Positions 1-10,429 of a DNA stretch of 64,000 nucleotides are shown here, piece by piece; within the stretch, counting starts at the first letter, position 1, and every line of letters begins with the position of its first letter. The notes below the pieces were generated by a model that saw nothing but the letters and a program-made list of their open reading frames with translations, made no database searches and had not been told where the DNA came from. A program made the position numbers and the translations under genes. Origin of the DNA: Alphaproteobacteria bacterium (GTDB lineage Bacteria > Pseudomonadota > Alphaproteobacteria > VGEJ01); NCBI GenBank assembly GCA_965219135.1, contig CBDCMV010000003.1:640616-704615 (forward strand). Reading direction: 5' to 3'.

Positions 1-598
1 TTACAAGAACCATGTCAACGTGGACCGTCGGCACAAGCTGGTGCGGCGCTATCATGTGAGCGACGCGGCGGAGCACGACAGCCAAGTCCTCGACGATATC
101 CTGGATGGGGACAACACGGCTTTGGGTGTGTGGGCGGACAGCGCTTACCGCTCGGCGGAGATCGAGGCGGTGCTGAAGGAGAAGGGGTTGCGGAGCCGGA
201 TCCATCGCAAGGGCCGCCGCAACAAGCCGCTGAGCGAGCGCGAGAAGCAGGGCAACAAGACCCGTTCGTCGGTTCGGGTCCGCGTCGAGCATGTCTTCGG
301 GGCCCAGAGCAACGACATGGGCGGGACGCTGGTGCGTAGTGTCGGGCTGGTGCGGGCGAAGGCGCGGATCGGGTTGAAGAACCTCGCCTACAACATGCGC
401 CGCCTGGTCCAACTGGAGCGTCTCGCGGCGGCCGTGTGACGATACTCGGAGAAGGAGACCGCCTGGGGACGGTCTTGTGGCGGAAATAACTCAATTGGAG
501 CGTGGAAGACCCCGAAAATCTCGGCTCCGGCATGGCTGGAGCTGGTGACAGCCTGGTTAAACAATATCCTCCGACAACTCACCAATTCTTAGAGGTGC
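1..598 (+). mobile_element. 3' portion of an IS5-family element whose right end abuts and replaces the right terminus of IS copy 1
   Basis: Transposase stops at 439. The ~160 bp downstream ends exactly where homology to the other IS copies begins (~599), implying a nested insertion into copy 1's IRR. Confidence 0.5.
2..439 (+). CDS. IS5-family DDE transposase, C-terminal part (5' end lies outside window)
   Basis: ORF is open to the window edge. Translation shows DDE_Tnp_1 hallmarks (VWADSAYRS...NKPLSEREKQ...RVRVEHVFGAQSN) typical of IS5-family transposases. Confidence 0.8.
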   Translation, partial: YKNHVNVDRRHKLVRRYHVSDAAEHDSQVLDDILDGDNTALGVWADSAYRSAEIEAVLKEKGLRSRIHRKGRRNKPLSEREKQGNKTRSSVRVRVEHVFGAQSNDMGGTLVRSVGLVRAKARIGLKNLAYNMRRLVQLERLAAAV

Positions 599-1910
599 CC
601 ATATGAATTGACCGCTTCTGTTGTGGTGGTTTGGCTCGGTCGCGTCGAAGCGGGTCACGCGGCCTGGAGCCTGTCGTCGTCGATGGTTTCGCCGTCGGCG
701 CGGTAGCGCGCCAGACACCTGGGTCCGTGGAAGACGGCCAGGTGGCCATCGGGATATTCGTGCACCCGGACCTGCGCCTTGACGTAGTGGTGGCGGTGGC
801 GATCGGCCGGGATCTGCAGCGTGCGGTTCTTGTAGCGCACGGTGTTGTCGCCCGCGACGACGCGGTCCTCCTGGGCGCAGAGGATGTCCTCGAGCGTGCC
901 GGCAAAAGCCACGAAGGCCGAGCCGGTGTCCGCGGCCGGGCGGGCGAAGCGGGTTGTGCGCCGGCCAGAAGAGCTCCTCGAGAAAGCGATTGGCCTCGGC
1001 CATGGTGGCGATCCCGGCGAGGCGCAGCTCCTGGGGCAGGCGCTTCTGCAAGGTCCCGAACATGCGCTCCGAGCGGCCCCGGGCCTGCGGCGAATAGGCC
1101 GCGATCAACTCGATGCCGAGCTGCGCCAAGGCCCGGCCGACCTGGGTCGGGTTGTCCTTGTCCACACCGCCGCCTGCCTCGGGCGTGTGCCAGTAGTGCG
1201 AGGCCCGATCGGCGTAGAGCGAGCAGAACAGCCCGTTTTCGGCGATCACCTCGCCGAGCCCGCGGAACGTGCTCATCGTGCCCTCCTCGGCAACGAAGAA
1301 GCCCGAATAGACCTCCGATGTCGCATCGTCCATGGTCACGATCAGATCCCACCACTGGCCCGCAACCCACTCGTGGCTCGAGCCGTCCTGGTGCAGCATC
1401 ATCCCTACCACCGGTCGGCGCGGCCGCTTCCGGCGGTGCGCCCCGCGCCTGGGCGCCGGCTTGATCTTGCCGTGCGCCTGCAAGCTCAGGCGAAGCCAGT
1501 TGTAGCTCAGCCCGAAGCCATGCTCGCAGACCAGCTTCTCGTGGAAGTGCTTGGCCGTGAAGTCCGGGTAGCGCGTCTCGAACAGCTCCAGCACCCGCAT
1601 CACCTCGTCCACCGGCGCGCAGCGCGCCGAAACCCGCCCAAGGCGCCGGTCGTACAAACCCTCGGCACCCTCGGCCTCATAGCGCTCCCGCCAGCGCCGG
1701 AACGTCCGCTCCGACATGCCCAGGATCTCCGAGGCCTCGGCCTGGCTCAAATCACCCCGATAACAACGTCCGTAGACATCCTCGAACTTCATCAATCTCA
1801 GTCCCTGCAACTGCTCCGTCCGGCGCATCCGATTCCTCCAGATTTGGAGGAAATCTAAAACCGGACAGATCATCTGTTACATAGACCGGTCATATCGTGT
1901 GTTAGCGACA
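599..1910 (-). mobile_element. IS copy 1 (rve-type DDE transposase IS, ISNCY/IS481-like), right end truncated
   Basis: Near-identical to copies at 16198..17545 and 21531..22867. Left IR TGTCGCTAACACACGATATGACC ends at 1910. The shared right-end sequence is lost after CATATGG (~599), where IS5-like sequence starts. Confidence 0.85.
655..1873 (-). pseudogene. transposase of IS copy 1, frameshifted by a 2-bp deletion
   Basis: Protein is identical to the 406-aa transposase of copies 2 and 3 up to ...WPAHN, then shifts frame. The C-terminal 85 aa continue in ORF 655..912. Comparison with copy 3 shows GCGGGCGTTGTG versus GCGGGTTGTG at ~956. Confidence 0.85.
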
Positions 1911-1925
1911 CAATCCCAGGCAAGC

Positions 1926-1962
1926 TTGACAGGTTTCGAGCGCCGGTACTCAATTGAGCCCA
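1926..1962 (+). promoter_or_regulatory. candidate sigma70-type promoter for fabD (TTGACA -35 at 1926..1931, -10-like TCAATT about 18 bp downstream)
   Basis: Perfect TTGACA hexamer in the 85-bp interval between the IS copy 1 left end (1910) and the fabD start. Confidence 0.35.
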
Positions 1963-1994
1963 AGTCGGGAGCGAGCGAGCGGGAGATCCAGGCG

Positions 1995-2939
1995 GTGACG
2001 ATCGCGTTCGTATTTCCCGGTCAGGGGTCGCAGACGGCTGGCATGGGCCGCGAGCTCGCGGCGGCGATGCCGGCGGCGCGCCTGGTTTTCGAGGAAGTCG
2101 ACGAATCGCTGAAACAAAACCTCTCGCGCCTCATTTTCGAAGGCCCCGAAGACGAGCTGGTGCTTACCGAGAACGCGCAGCCGGCCCTGATGGCGGTGAG
2201 CTTCGCCGTCGTGCGGGTGCTCGAGGATGAGTGCGGCATTGCGATTGGCGAGTGCGCCACGCTCGTTGCCGGCCACTCGCTCGGCGAGTATTCGGCCTTG
2301 GCGGCGGCGCGCGCGCTCGCGCTCCCCGACACCGCGCGACTCCTGCGCCGGCGGGGACGCGCGATGCAGGATGCCGTGGCCGTGGATGCCGGCGCCATGG
2401 CGGCGATAATCGGCGTCGACCTCGAGGCCGCCGGCCGACTGGCCGAGGAGGCCGCGCAAGACGAGGTTTGCGAGCCGGCAAACGACAATGCGCCCGGCCA
2501 GGTGGTGCTGAGCGGCGACCGCGCGGCGGTCGAGCGTGCGGTGGCCGCCGCACCCGACGCCGGCGCACGCCGCGCGATCATGCTACCGGTGAGCGCCCCG
2601 TTCCATTGCGCGCTGATGGCGCCGGCCGCCGAGGCCATGGCCGAGGCACTGGCCGAGGTCGCGACCGCGCCCCCGGTGGTTCCGCTCGTCGCCAACGTCA
2701 CCGCGCGCCCGGTCAGCGATCCCGACACCATTCACGCTTTGCTGGTCGAACAGGTCACGGCCATGGTGCGGTGGCGAGAATCCGTCCTTTACATGCGCGA
2801 TTCAAATGTGGACACGATCGTCGAACTCGGCTCCGGGACGACCCTGACCGGGCTCAATCGACGCATCGATCGCGACATCCGCGCGCTTTCGGTGGCCACG
2901 CCCGAGGATGTCGAGGCCCTCGTGCGGGCGATCGCGTGA
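1995..2939 (+). CDS. fabD: malonyl CoA-acyl carrier protein transacylase
   Basis: MTIAFVFPGQGSQ...GHSLGEYSALAAA motifs. Position ahead of fabG-acpP-fabF. GTG start inferred from the conserved N-terminus. Confidence 0.9.
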   Translation: MTIAFVFPGQGSQTAGMGRELAAAMPAARLVFEEVDESLKQNLSRLIFEGPEDELVLTENAQPALMAVSFAVVRVLEDECGIAIGECATLVAGHSLGEYSALAAARALALPDTARLLRRRGRAMQDAVAVDAGAMAAIIGVDLEAAGRLAEEAAQDEVCEPANDNAPGQVVLSGDRAAVERAVAAAPDAGARRAIMLPVSAPFHCALMAPAAEAMAEALAEVATAPPVVPLVANVTARPVSDPDTIHALLVEQVTAMVRWRESVLYMRDSNVDTIVELGSGTTLTGLNRRIDRDIRALSVATPEDVEALVRAIA

Positions 2940-3676
2940 TGTTCGAACTCGCCGGCAAGCGGGCACTGATCACCGGCGCCTCGGGCGGCATCGGCGGCGA
3001 CATCGCCGGGGCGCTCCACGCCCAGGGAGCCGAGGTCGCGCTTAGCGGCACGCGCGTCGACGCCCTCGAGGCGGTGGCGGCCGGCCTCGGTGAGCGCGCT
3101 CACTGCGTCGCGGGCGATCTTGCCGAGGCAGACGCCGCCAAGACGCTGGTGGAGCGTGCCGAGGCGGCCATGGGCGGCCTCGACGTGCTCGTGAACAACG
3201 CCGGGATCACCCGCGACACCCTGGCGCTGCGCATGAGCGACGACGATTGGCGGGCGGTGATCGAGGTCAACCTGACCGCCGCTTTCAGGCTGAGCCGCGC
3301 CGTCCTCCGCGGCATGCTGAAGCGGCGTTGGGGCCGCATCGTCAACGTCACCTCGGTGGTCGCACTCACCGGCAACCCCGGCCAGGCGAACTACGCGGCC
3401 TCGAAGGCCGGAATGATCGGCATGACCAAATCGCTGGCGCAAGAAGTGGCCGCGCGCGGCATCACCGTGAACTGCGTGGCGCCGGGGTTCGTGCTCTCGC
3501 CCATGACTGACGCGCTTGATGACGAACGCCGCGCCCGCATCCTCGAAACTATTCCCGTCGGCCGCCTCGGCGAAGGCCACGACGTGGCCGCCTGCGTCGT
3601 CTTTCTCGCCAGCGACGCCGCCGCCTACATCACCGGCCAGACCCTTCATGTCAACGGCGGAATGGCGATGGCGTAG
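2939..3676 (+). CDS. fabG: 3-oxoacyl-ACP reductase
   Basis: MFELAGKRALITGASGGIG...NYAASKAG short-chain dehydrogenase/reductase motifs. ATGA overlap with the fabD stop. Conserved fab operon position. Confidence 0.9.
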   Translation: MFELAGKRALITGASGGIGGDIAGALHAQGAEVALSGTRVDALEAVAAGLGERAHCVAGDLAEADAAKTLVERAEAAMGGLDVLVNNAGITRDTLALRMSDDDWRAVIEVNLTAAFRLSRAVLRGMLKRRWGRIVNVTSVVALTGNPGQANYAASKAGMIGMTKSLAQEVAARGITVNCVAPGFVLSPMTDALDDERRARILETIPVGRLGEGHDVAACVVFLASDAAAYITGQTLHVNGGMAMA

Positions 3677-3773
3677 GCGCCGGGCGATGCTGGTCAAGGG
3701 CCGGAAAGTGTGCTACGACCTCGGCCCGCGCCGAGCCTTCTGACAAACGGCAATCCCCTTGTGAGTATGCGTG

Positions 3774-4019
3774 ATGAGCGAGAATGACACCGCCGAGCGG
3801 GTGAAGAAGATAGTCGTCGAGCATCTTGGCGTCGAGGCCGATAAGGTCACCGACTCGGCAAACTTTATCGAGGATCTTGGGGCCGACAGCCTGGACACGG
3901 TCGAGTTGGTCATGGCTTTCGAAGAGGAATTCGGCTGCGAGATTCCCGACGACGCGGCCGAGAAGATCGCGACCGTCAAGGACGCCATTGGCTATATCGA
4001 GTCGCACGCCGAGGGATAG
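3774..4019 (+). CDS. acpP: acyl carrier protein
   Basis: 78-aa protein with the [21 protein letters not shown] phosphopantetheine-attachment motif. Confidence 0.95.
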   Translation: MSENDTAERVKKIVVEHLGVEADKVTDSANFIEDLGADSLDTVELVMAFEEEFGCEIPDDAAEKIATVKDAIGYIESHAEG

Positions 4020-4081
4020 CTGCGCGTCGGCGCTTCCGCGCATCGGGTATCGGCCGTAAACGGGAACATCGCCCGGCCGTC

Positions 4082-5341
4082 ATGAGACGCGTCGTCATCA
4101 CCGGCATGGGACTCGTCACGCCGCTCGGCTGCGGCGTCGAGGCGAGCTGGCGGCGCCTGCTCGATGGCGCCTCGGGGGCCCGCCCGACCCAAGGTTTCGA
4201 CGTCTCCGACCTCAGCGCCCGGATCGCTTGCCAGGTGCCGCTTGCCGACGACGAATTCGCGTTCGATCCGGCGTCGTGGGTGCCGACCAAGGATCTCAAG
4301 AAAATGGACACCTTCATCAGCTTCGGCTTGGCCGCCGCGCAACAGGCGGTGGATGACGCGGAATGGACGCCCGATGACGAGCAATCGCGCGAACGCACCG
4401 GGGTCATGATCGGCTCTGGCATCGGCGGGCTGCCGGCCATGGAGGCAAGCTCGGTCCAGCTGCACGAGCAAGGGCCGCGACGCATCAGCCCGTTCCTGAT
4501 TCCCTCGACCCTGATCAACCTTCTGTCGGGTCACGTGTCGATCCGTTTTGGCTACACCGGCCCCAATCACTCGGCGGTCACCGCTTGCTCGACCGGCGCC
4601 CACGCCATTGGCGACGCCTCGCGCCTGATTGGCTATGGCGATGCCGACGTAATGCTCGCGGGGGGCGCCGAGGCGGCGATCTGCCGCATCGGCGTCGCCG
4701 GCTTCGCCGCCGCGCGGGCGCTCTCGACAAACTTCAACGACGAGCCGACGCGCGCCTCGCGGCCCTGGGATCGTGACCGCGACGGATTCGTCATGGGCGA
4801 AGGCGCCGGGATCGTGGTGCTGGAGGAGATGGAGCACGCCAAGGCGCGCGGCGCCCGCGCCTATGCCGAGGTCTCGGGGTACGGTATGTCCAGCGATGCC
4901 CACCACATCACCGCGCCGGCGCCCGACGGCTCCGGCGCGCGGCGCTCCATGAAGGCTGCGCTTACAAGCGCGGGCTTCGATGTCTCGGACGTCGACTACA
5001 TCAACGCCCATGGGACGTCGACCCTGCAGGGCGACGAAATCGAGCATGGCGCCGTCAAGCAGCTCTTCGCCGCCGCCGCCCACGATCTCTCGATGTCTTC
5101 GACCAAGTCTGCCACCGGACACCTCCTCGGCGCCGCCGGGAGTGTCGAGGCGATCTTTGCGATCCTCGCGATCCGCGATTCGGTGGTGCCGCCGACCCTC
5201 AATCTCGACAACCCGTCCGAGGGCTGCGATCTCGACCTCGTCCCCCATACCGCCAAGGAGCGCGAGGTCAACGCCGTCCTCTCGAACTCGTTCGGCTTTG
5301 GCGGGACAAACGCCAGCTTGGTATTCAGCCGGGTGAGTTAG
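4082..5341 (+). CDS. fabF: beta-ketoacyl-ACP synthase II
   Basis: 419 aa with the condensing-enzyme Cys motif ([13 protein letters not shown]) and His motifs. Follows acpP. Confidence 0.9.
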   Translation: MRRVVITGMGLVTPLGCGVEASWRRLLDGASGARPTQGFDVSDLSARIACQVPLADDEFAFDPASWVPTKDLKKMDTFISFGLAAAQQAVDDAEWTPDDEQSRERTGVMIGSGIGGLPAMEASSVQLHEQGPRRISPFLIPSTLINLLSGHVSIRFGYTGPNHSAVTACSTGAHAIGDASRLIGYGDADVMLAGGAEAAICRIGVAGFAAARALSTNFNDEPTRASRPWDRDRDGFVMGEGAGIVVLEEMEHAKARGARAYAEVSGYGMSSDAHHITAPAPDGSGARRSMKAALTSAGFDVSDVDYINAHGTSTLQGDEIEHGAVKQLFAAAAHDLSMSSTKSATGHLLGAAGSVEAIFAILAIRDSVVPPTLNLDNPSEGCDLDLVPHTAKEREVNAVLSNSFGFGGTNASLVFSRVS

Positions 5342-5345
5342 GCCG

Positions 5346-6329
5346 GTGAGGCGCCGGGTCGGTCGCCTCACGATCCTGATTCTTGCGGTTGTCGTGACCG
5401 GCGCGACCGCGGCACTGGCCTGGGGGGTGAGCGTATTTCACGATCCGGGTTCCGCGCCGGAAGAGACCCGACTTGTCCTGCCGCAAGGTGCCTCGGTTGA
5501 TGCGATCGCCGCTCGCCTGCACGAGGCCGGGATCGTCGAGCGGCGGTTCGTCTTCGCGCTAGGCGCCCGCCTGATGGGTCACGCCCGCTCGCTCAAAGCC
5601 GGCGAGTACGATTTCGCCGCCACCCTGTCGCCGCGCGACATTGTCGAACTCCTGGTCAGTGGCCGCACGGTGGTTCATCGCCTGACGGTTGCCGAGGGCC
5701 TGACGACCGCCCAGGTGCTGGCCCTGATCGAGGTCGCCGAGGCGCTGCACGGCGAGCTTCCCGCCGCCGTTCCCGAAGGCGCGCTTCTCCCCGAGACCTA
5801 CCACTTCAGCCGCGGTGACAGCCGGGAGGCGATGCTTCAGCGCATGCGGGCGGCGATGCGTGATGTGCTGGCCGAGCTTTGGGCCGGCCGGTCGCCCGGG
5901 CTCCCGCTCGCCTCTCCCGAGGAGGCGCTTGTGCTGGCCTCGATCGTCGAGAAGGAGACCGCGAAGGCCGAAGAGCGCGCGCACATCGCCGGCGTCTTCA
6001 TCAACCGGCTGCGCCGGGGGATGCGACTACAGTCCGATCCAACCGTCGTCTATGCGGTCACCGGCGGCGCCGGGCCGCTCGATCGCCCGCTGGGCCGGGC
6101 CGATCTCGCGCTGGAATCGCCCTTCAACACGTACCGTGTCGGCGGGCTGCCGCCGCACCCGATCGCCAACCCCGGGCGCGCCGCCATCGCTGCCGCGCTG
6201 GCGCCCCTCGACACTGACGATCTCTACTTCGTGGCCGACGGCGCCGGCGGGCACGTCTTCGCGGCAACCCTCGCCCAGCACAACCAAAACGTCCGCCGCT
6301 GGCGCCGCCTCCGCGACGCCCGTGAGTAG
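5346..6329 (+). CDS. mltG: endolytic murein transglycosylase MltG (YceG-like)
   Basis: N-terminal transmembrane helix, YceG-family length and motifs. Conserved position after fabF. Confidence 0.8.
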   Translation: MRRRVGRLTILILAVVVTGATAALAWGVSVFHDPGSAPEETRLVLPQGASVDAIAARLHEAGIVERRFVFALGARLMGHARSLKAGEYDFAATLSPRDIVELLVSGRTVVHRLTVAEGLTTAQVLALIEVAEALHGELPAAVPEGALLPETYHFSRGDSREAMLQRMRAAMRDVLAELWAGRSPGLPLASPEEALVLASIVEKETAKAEERAHIAGVFINRLRRGMRLQSDPTVVYAVTGGAGPLDRPLGRADLALESPFNTYRVGGLPPHPIANPGRAAIAAALAPLDTDDLYFVADGAGGHVFAATLAQHNQNVRRWRRLRDARE

Positions 6330-6384
6330 GCGTTCGGGCCGAGCGTAATCAAGCCGAATCGGAACGGGGTCACGCGATCGATCC

Positions 6385-6750
6385 TCACAAGTCCTTGTAT
6401 AGCTCGACCCTATAGCCGTTGGGGTCCTCGACATAGATCGCGACTTCGCCCCGTCGTCCTTGAATGGGGACACCGGCCCGCTCGAGCCGTGCCGGGAGTT
6501 GGCCCCAGTCACGTTCAGGTACGTGGACGCCGAAGTGGTCTAGGCCTCCTGCGCTCGGGTCAAAGGGCTCCTCAGTCCCGATGAAGTTGAGAGCATCACC
6601 ACCATTTGGGGTCCGGAGAGATAGCATCTCCTCCTCAGGAGACAAGCGCTCGAAACCGAGGACGTCTATGTAGAACCGCTCGGTCGCTTCGAGGTCTCGT
6701 GTTTTGAGGGCAATATGACGAACGCCTCGCTCCGACATTGAACCCGACAT
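6385..6750 (-). CDS. VOC/glyoxalase-family protein
   Basis: HIALKTRDLEATERFYIDVLGFE ... HFGVHV vicinal-oxygen-chelate fold signatures. Confidence 0.7.
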   Translation of the reverse strand: MSGSMSERGVRHIALKTRDLEATERFYIDVLGFERLSPEEEMLSLRTPNGGDALNFIGTEEPFDPSAGGLDHFGVHVPERDWGQLPARLERAGVPIQGRRGEVAIYVEDPNGYRVELYKDL

Positions 6751-7080
6751 TCGCAGGTGACCTCCTTTGTTTGGAGCCGCGTACCGGTCAAGCCTAGTGC
6801 GTGGGAGTCGCGCAAGCCGTGCGAACCGATCACGAAACGTTACCAGTTTCGGTCGAACCGCCGGTAACGCAAATCCGGACCCGACACCGCCACAGGAACG
6901 AGAAGTCTACCCGATGGCTCCGCCGACCCGAAGAAGCCGGCATTAGCGCATTGGGTCGAATGTCACGGGGTCCGGCCGAGGGCTTCGTCTGCCGCCCTTG
7001 TTGCCCATCCGGCGCGCCAATATAGTGCGGCCATCTCCGCCGCTCGCACTCCCGGAAACGATGCCGTGTCCCTAGCCAGC

Positions 7081-7953
7081 ATGACCGGGTTTGCGCGCGC
7101 GGAAGGAAATACCGAACGCGCGCACTGGGCGTGGGAGGCCAAGAGCGTCAATGGCCGCGGCCTCGACGTCCGCTGCCGGCTGCCGGCGGGGACCGAGGCG
7201 CTCGAGCCGGCGGTCCACGCCGCGGCACGCAAACGACTGGCGCGCGGCCACGTCAGCGTCTCGCTACGATTCGCCTGGGCGCCGGAGGCGGCCGCGGTGC
7301 GCGTCAACCGCCAGCTCCTCGACCGGGTCGTAGAGCTCGCCCGCGGCCTCGGTGAGGTACCCGGGATCGAGCCGGCGCGGCTCGATGGGTTGTTGCGATT
7401 GCGCGGCGTCGTCGAGGTCGGTGAACCTGAGGAGTCCGACGATGCCCGCGCCAAGCGCGAGGCAGCGATGCGCGCCAGTCTCGATCAGGTGCTCGACGGT
7501 TTGGCCGCGGCGCGTCGCGCCGAAGGGGCGAGCATTGTCGGCGTCCTCGGCCCCTTGCTCGACGACATCGCCGCCCGCGTGGCCGATGCCGAGGATTGCG
7601 CGGCGGCGCAGCCCGACCGACTGCTCGTCCGGCTTCGCGAGCAGATCGCGGAATTCGCCGACGCCGTGCCCGCGCTAGCCGAAGACCGGCTGACCCAGGA
7701 AGTCGCCCTCTTGCTGGTCAAGTCGGACGTGCGAGAGGAGCTTGACCGGTTGGGTGCTCATGTCGCCGCGGCGCGCGATCTTCTGGCGGCGGAGGCCGCC
7801 GCCGGTCGCGAGCTCGACTTTCTCAGCCAGGAGCTCAACCGCGAGGCAAACACGCTGTGCGCCAAGTCGCCCGACCCCGAACTCACGCGGATAGGCCTCG
7901 ATCTCAAGGCCCTCATCGACCGCTTCCGCGAGCAAGTGCAGAACCTCGAATAG
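7081..7953 (+). CDS. yicC: YicC-family stress-induced protein
   Basis: MTGFAR N-terminus and C-terminal DUF1732-like region (ELDFLSQELNREANTL). An alternative upstream GTG at 7066 is possible. Confidence 0.8.
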   Translation: MTGFARAEGNTERAHWAWEAKSVNGRGLDVRCRLPAGTEALEPAVHAAARKRLARGHVSVSLRFAWAPEAAAVRVNRQLLDRVVELARGLGEVPGIEPARLDGLLRLRGVVEVGEPEESDDARAKREAAMRASLDQVLDGLAAARRAEGASIVGVLGPLLDDIAARVADAEDCAAAQPDRLLVRLREQIAEFADAVPALAEDRLTQEVALLLVKSDVREELDRLGAHVAAARDLLAAEAAAGRELDFLSQELNREANTLCAKSPDPELTRIGLDLKALIDRFREQVQNLE

Positions 7954-7961
7954 GTCGCGCC

Positions 7962-8603
7962 ATGCCATCCGGTTCGATCGCCTGCCGCGGCTTGATGTTC
8001 GTGCTGTCCTCTCCCTCAGGGGCGGGCAAGACCACGACGTCGCGGCGCCTTCTCGAGCTTGACGACAACCTCACCATGTCGATTTCCGCGACCACCCGCC
8101 CCGCGCGACCGGGCGAGGACGAGGGCCACGACTACCGCTTCCTCGACGACGCCGCGTTCGATCGGATGTTTCAGCGCGGCGAGTTTCTCGAACACGCCGA
8201 GGTCTTCGGCCATCGTTACGGCACCCCCTCGGCGCCAGTCGAGGCCGCGCTTGGCGCGGGGCGCGACGTCCTCTTCGACATCGACTGGCAGGGGACCCAG
8301 CAGCTCGCCCAGGCGGCGCGCGGCGATCTGGTTTCGACGTTCATTCTGCCACCCTCGACCGCGGCGTTGCGTCGCCGCCTCGAGACGCGCGCGCAGGATT
8401 CGCCCGAGGTCGTCGCCGTCCGCATGGCCAACGCCAGCGAGGAAATGAGCCACTGGCGCGAGTACGACTACATCGTCGTCAACGAAGACGTCGATCAAAC
8501 CGTCGCCGAGGTGCGGGCCATCCTCGCCGCCGAGCGCCTGCGCCGCGACCGCCAGACCGGCCTGACCGATTTCGTCGCCGGCCTCAGACGGGCGCGCGCG
8601 TAG
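7962..8603 (+). CDS. gmk: guanylate kinase
   Basis: LSSPSGAGKTT P-loop and TTRPAR-PGE motif. Follows yicC as in many Proteobacteria. Confidence 0.9.
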   Translation: MPSGSIACRGLMFVLSSPSGAGKTTTSRRLLELDDNLTMSISATTRPARPGEDEGHDYRFLDDAAFDRMFQRGEFLEHAEVFGHRYGTPSAPVEAALGAGRDVLFDIDWQGTQQLAQAARGDLVSTFILPPSTAALRRRLETRAQDSPEVVAVRMANASEEMSHWREYDYIVVNEDVDQTVAEVRAILAAERLRRDRQTGLTDFVAGLRRARA

Positions 8604-9444
8604 CGCCCAAGTCGCGCTCGCGCGCGTACGCCCGGGCCAGCGCGCAGAATCCGGCGACGTCCACCTCTTCAGCCCGCGCCGTCGCCGGCAAGCCGGCGTC
8701 ATCGATCAGGCCCCCGGTCGGGATATCCAGCGACCGGAGGCTCGATTTCAGCATCTTGCGCCGCTGGCCGAAGGCGGCGGCGACCACCGCCTGCAACATT
8801 GCCGGTTCGGCTTCCGCCAAGGGCTCTGGCCGCGGCACCAAACGCACCAGGCTCGAGGTCACCTTGGGTCGCGGGATGAACGCGTCCGGCGGAACGTTGA
8901 ACAGCGGTTCCCCGTGGCACAGCCATTGGACCATGACCGAAAGCCTGCCGTATGCCTTTGTCCGGGGCGAGGCGAGTATGCGGGCCGCGACCTCCTTTTG
9001 GACCATGATCGTGAAGCTCTCGTAGGCCCGCGGATCGCGGAGCCACTTCATCAAAAGTGGGACTGCGATGTTGTAAGGAAGGTTGGAAACGACGCACGCC
9101 GGCCGGGTCAGAATCAGCAACTCGTCGATCTCCAGGGCGTCGCCGTCGATAACGCGCAGTCGTTCGCGGTGTTCGGGAAACCGAGCGCCTAGCGAGGCCG
9201 CCAGAAAGGAATCGCGCTCGACCGCCACGACTTCTGTGGGCTCGGCCTCCAGCAGCGCCCGGGTGAGGGCGCCGCGGCCCGGTCCGACCTCGAGCACCGC
9301 GCGCCCGGCGAGCTCGCCGGCGGCCGCGGCGATACGCGTCGCCATCCGCCCATCGCGCAAGAAATGCTGGCCCAACGACTTGCGCGGCCGCGCCCCTCGG
9401 GGCGGCCGCGCGCTCTCACGCCGTTTGGCGCCGGGACGAGACAT
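8584..9444 (-). CDS. rsmA: 16S rRNA (adenine1518/1519-N6)-dimethyltransferase
   Basis: GQHFL...VLEVGPGRGALT...NLPYNI KsgA motifs. Confidence 0.9.
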   Translation of the reverse strand: MSRPGAKRRESARPPRGARPRKSLGQHFLRDGRMATRIAAAAGELAGRAVLEVGPGRGALTRALLEAEPTEVVAVERDSFLAASLGARFPEHRERLRVIDGDALEIDELLILTRPACVVSNLPYNIAVPLLMKWLRDPRAYESFTIMVQKEVAARILASPRTKAYGRLSVMVQWLCHGEPLFNVPPDAFIPRPKVTSSLVRLVPRPEPLAEAEPAMLQAVVAAAFGQRRKMLKSSLRSLDIPTGGLIDDAGLPATARAEEVDVAGFCALARAYARERDLGATRAPV

Positions 9445-10429
9445 GTTCTCGTCGCTCGGCGATATCGCCGGCGAGCTTGAGCGCGGCGATCAGGCTCGCG
9501 GCGCTCGCCGCGCCGCTGCCGGCCAAATCCAGCGCCGTGCCGTGGTCGGGCGAAGTCCGCACGAGCGGTAGGCCGAGCGTCACGTTGACGCCACGGGCGA
9601 AATCGATCGCCTTTAGCGGAATCAACGCCTGATCGTGGTACATGCAAATCGCGGCGTCGAAGCGTTCGCGCGAGGCCGCATGAAACAATGTGTCCGCGGG
9701 CTGGGGTCCGAACACCTCGAGTCCCGCCTGTTTAAGTTGGGCGACGGCCGGCGCGATCATTTCGATCTCCTCGCGGCCCATGGTCCCGCCTTCGCCCGCG
9801 TGCGGATTGAGCGCCGCGACCGCTAGCCGCGGCGCATCAATACCGAAGTCCCGCGGCAGGGCCTGCGCCACCGTTTGGGCGCAGGCGATGATGGCTTCGC
9901 TCGACAACCCGGCGATCGCCTCCGCCAGCCCCAAGTGGGACGTCACCGGCGCCACGCGCAAGTCGGGGCAGACCAGCATCATCGTTGCCGACGCGTTCGT
10001 CAGGTCAGCCAGATACTCGGTATGGCCGGGGTAGGGGAACCCGGCCATACTGAGCGTCGCTTTGTGAATCGGATTGGTGACGACCGCGGAAGCGCTGCCA
10101 TCGAGCACCAGGGCGACCGCACGCTCGATCGATTCGACCACCACCGTCCCATGGGCCGCCGACGGAATCCCTGGCACCGCGCCACTCACGGGCCCGATGG
10201 ATAGCACCGGCAGCGCGTGCCGGAACGCCGCGGGCGCGTCCCCCGCGGCGTCGATGGCGCGCACCGGAATCTCGGCGTCGATGGCGGCGGCGATGGCCTC
10301 TAGCCGCGCCGGATCGTCGATCACGAAGAACGGCGGTACCCGCTCGTGGTCTCGCGCCGCCCACGCCTTGAGCGTGATCTCACCGCCGATCCCGGCCGGC
10401 TCGCCCATTGTCAGCGCTAGCGGCTTCAT
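9416..10429 (-). CDS. pdxA: 4-hydroxythreonine-4-phosphate dehydrogenase
   Basis: MGEPAGIGGEI... PdxA family. Conserved surA-pdxA-rsmA order. Confidence 0.9.
   Translation of the reverse strand: MKPLALTMGEPAGIGGEITLKAWAARDHERVPPFFVIDDPARLEAIAAAIDAEIPVRAIDAAGDAPAAFRHALPVLSIGPVSGAVPGIPSAAHGTVVVESIERAVALVLDGSASAVVTNPIHKATLSMAGFPYPGHTEYLADLTNASATMMLVCPDLRVAPVTSHLGLAEAIAGLSSEAIIACAQTVAQALPRDFGIDAPRLAVAALNPHAGEGGTMGREEIEMIAPAVAQLKQAGLEVFGPQPADTLFHAASRERFDAAICMYHDQALIPLKAIDFARGVNVTLGLPLVRTSPDHGTALDLAGSGAASAASLIAALKLAGDIAERREHVSSRRQTA

Noticed and set aside
2021-5371. Numerous antisense or overlapping ORFs across housekeeping genes (e.g. 2021..2731, 3992..5371, 15241..16065, 49805..51637, 62428..63309)
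   Set aside because: High-GC artefacts. Each is fully embedded in a gene with clear homology on the other strand or frame, and has low-complexity composition.
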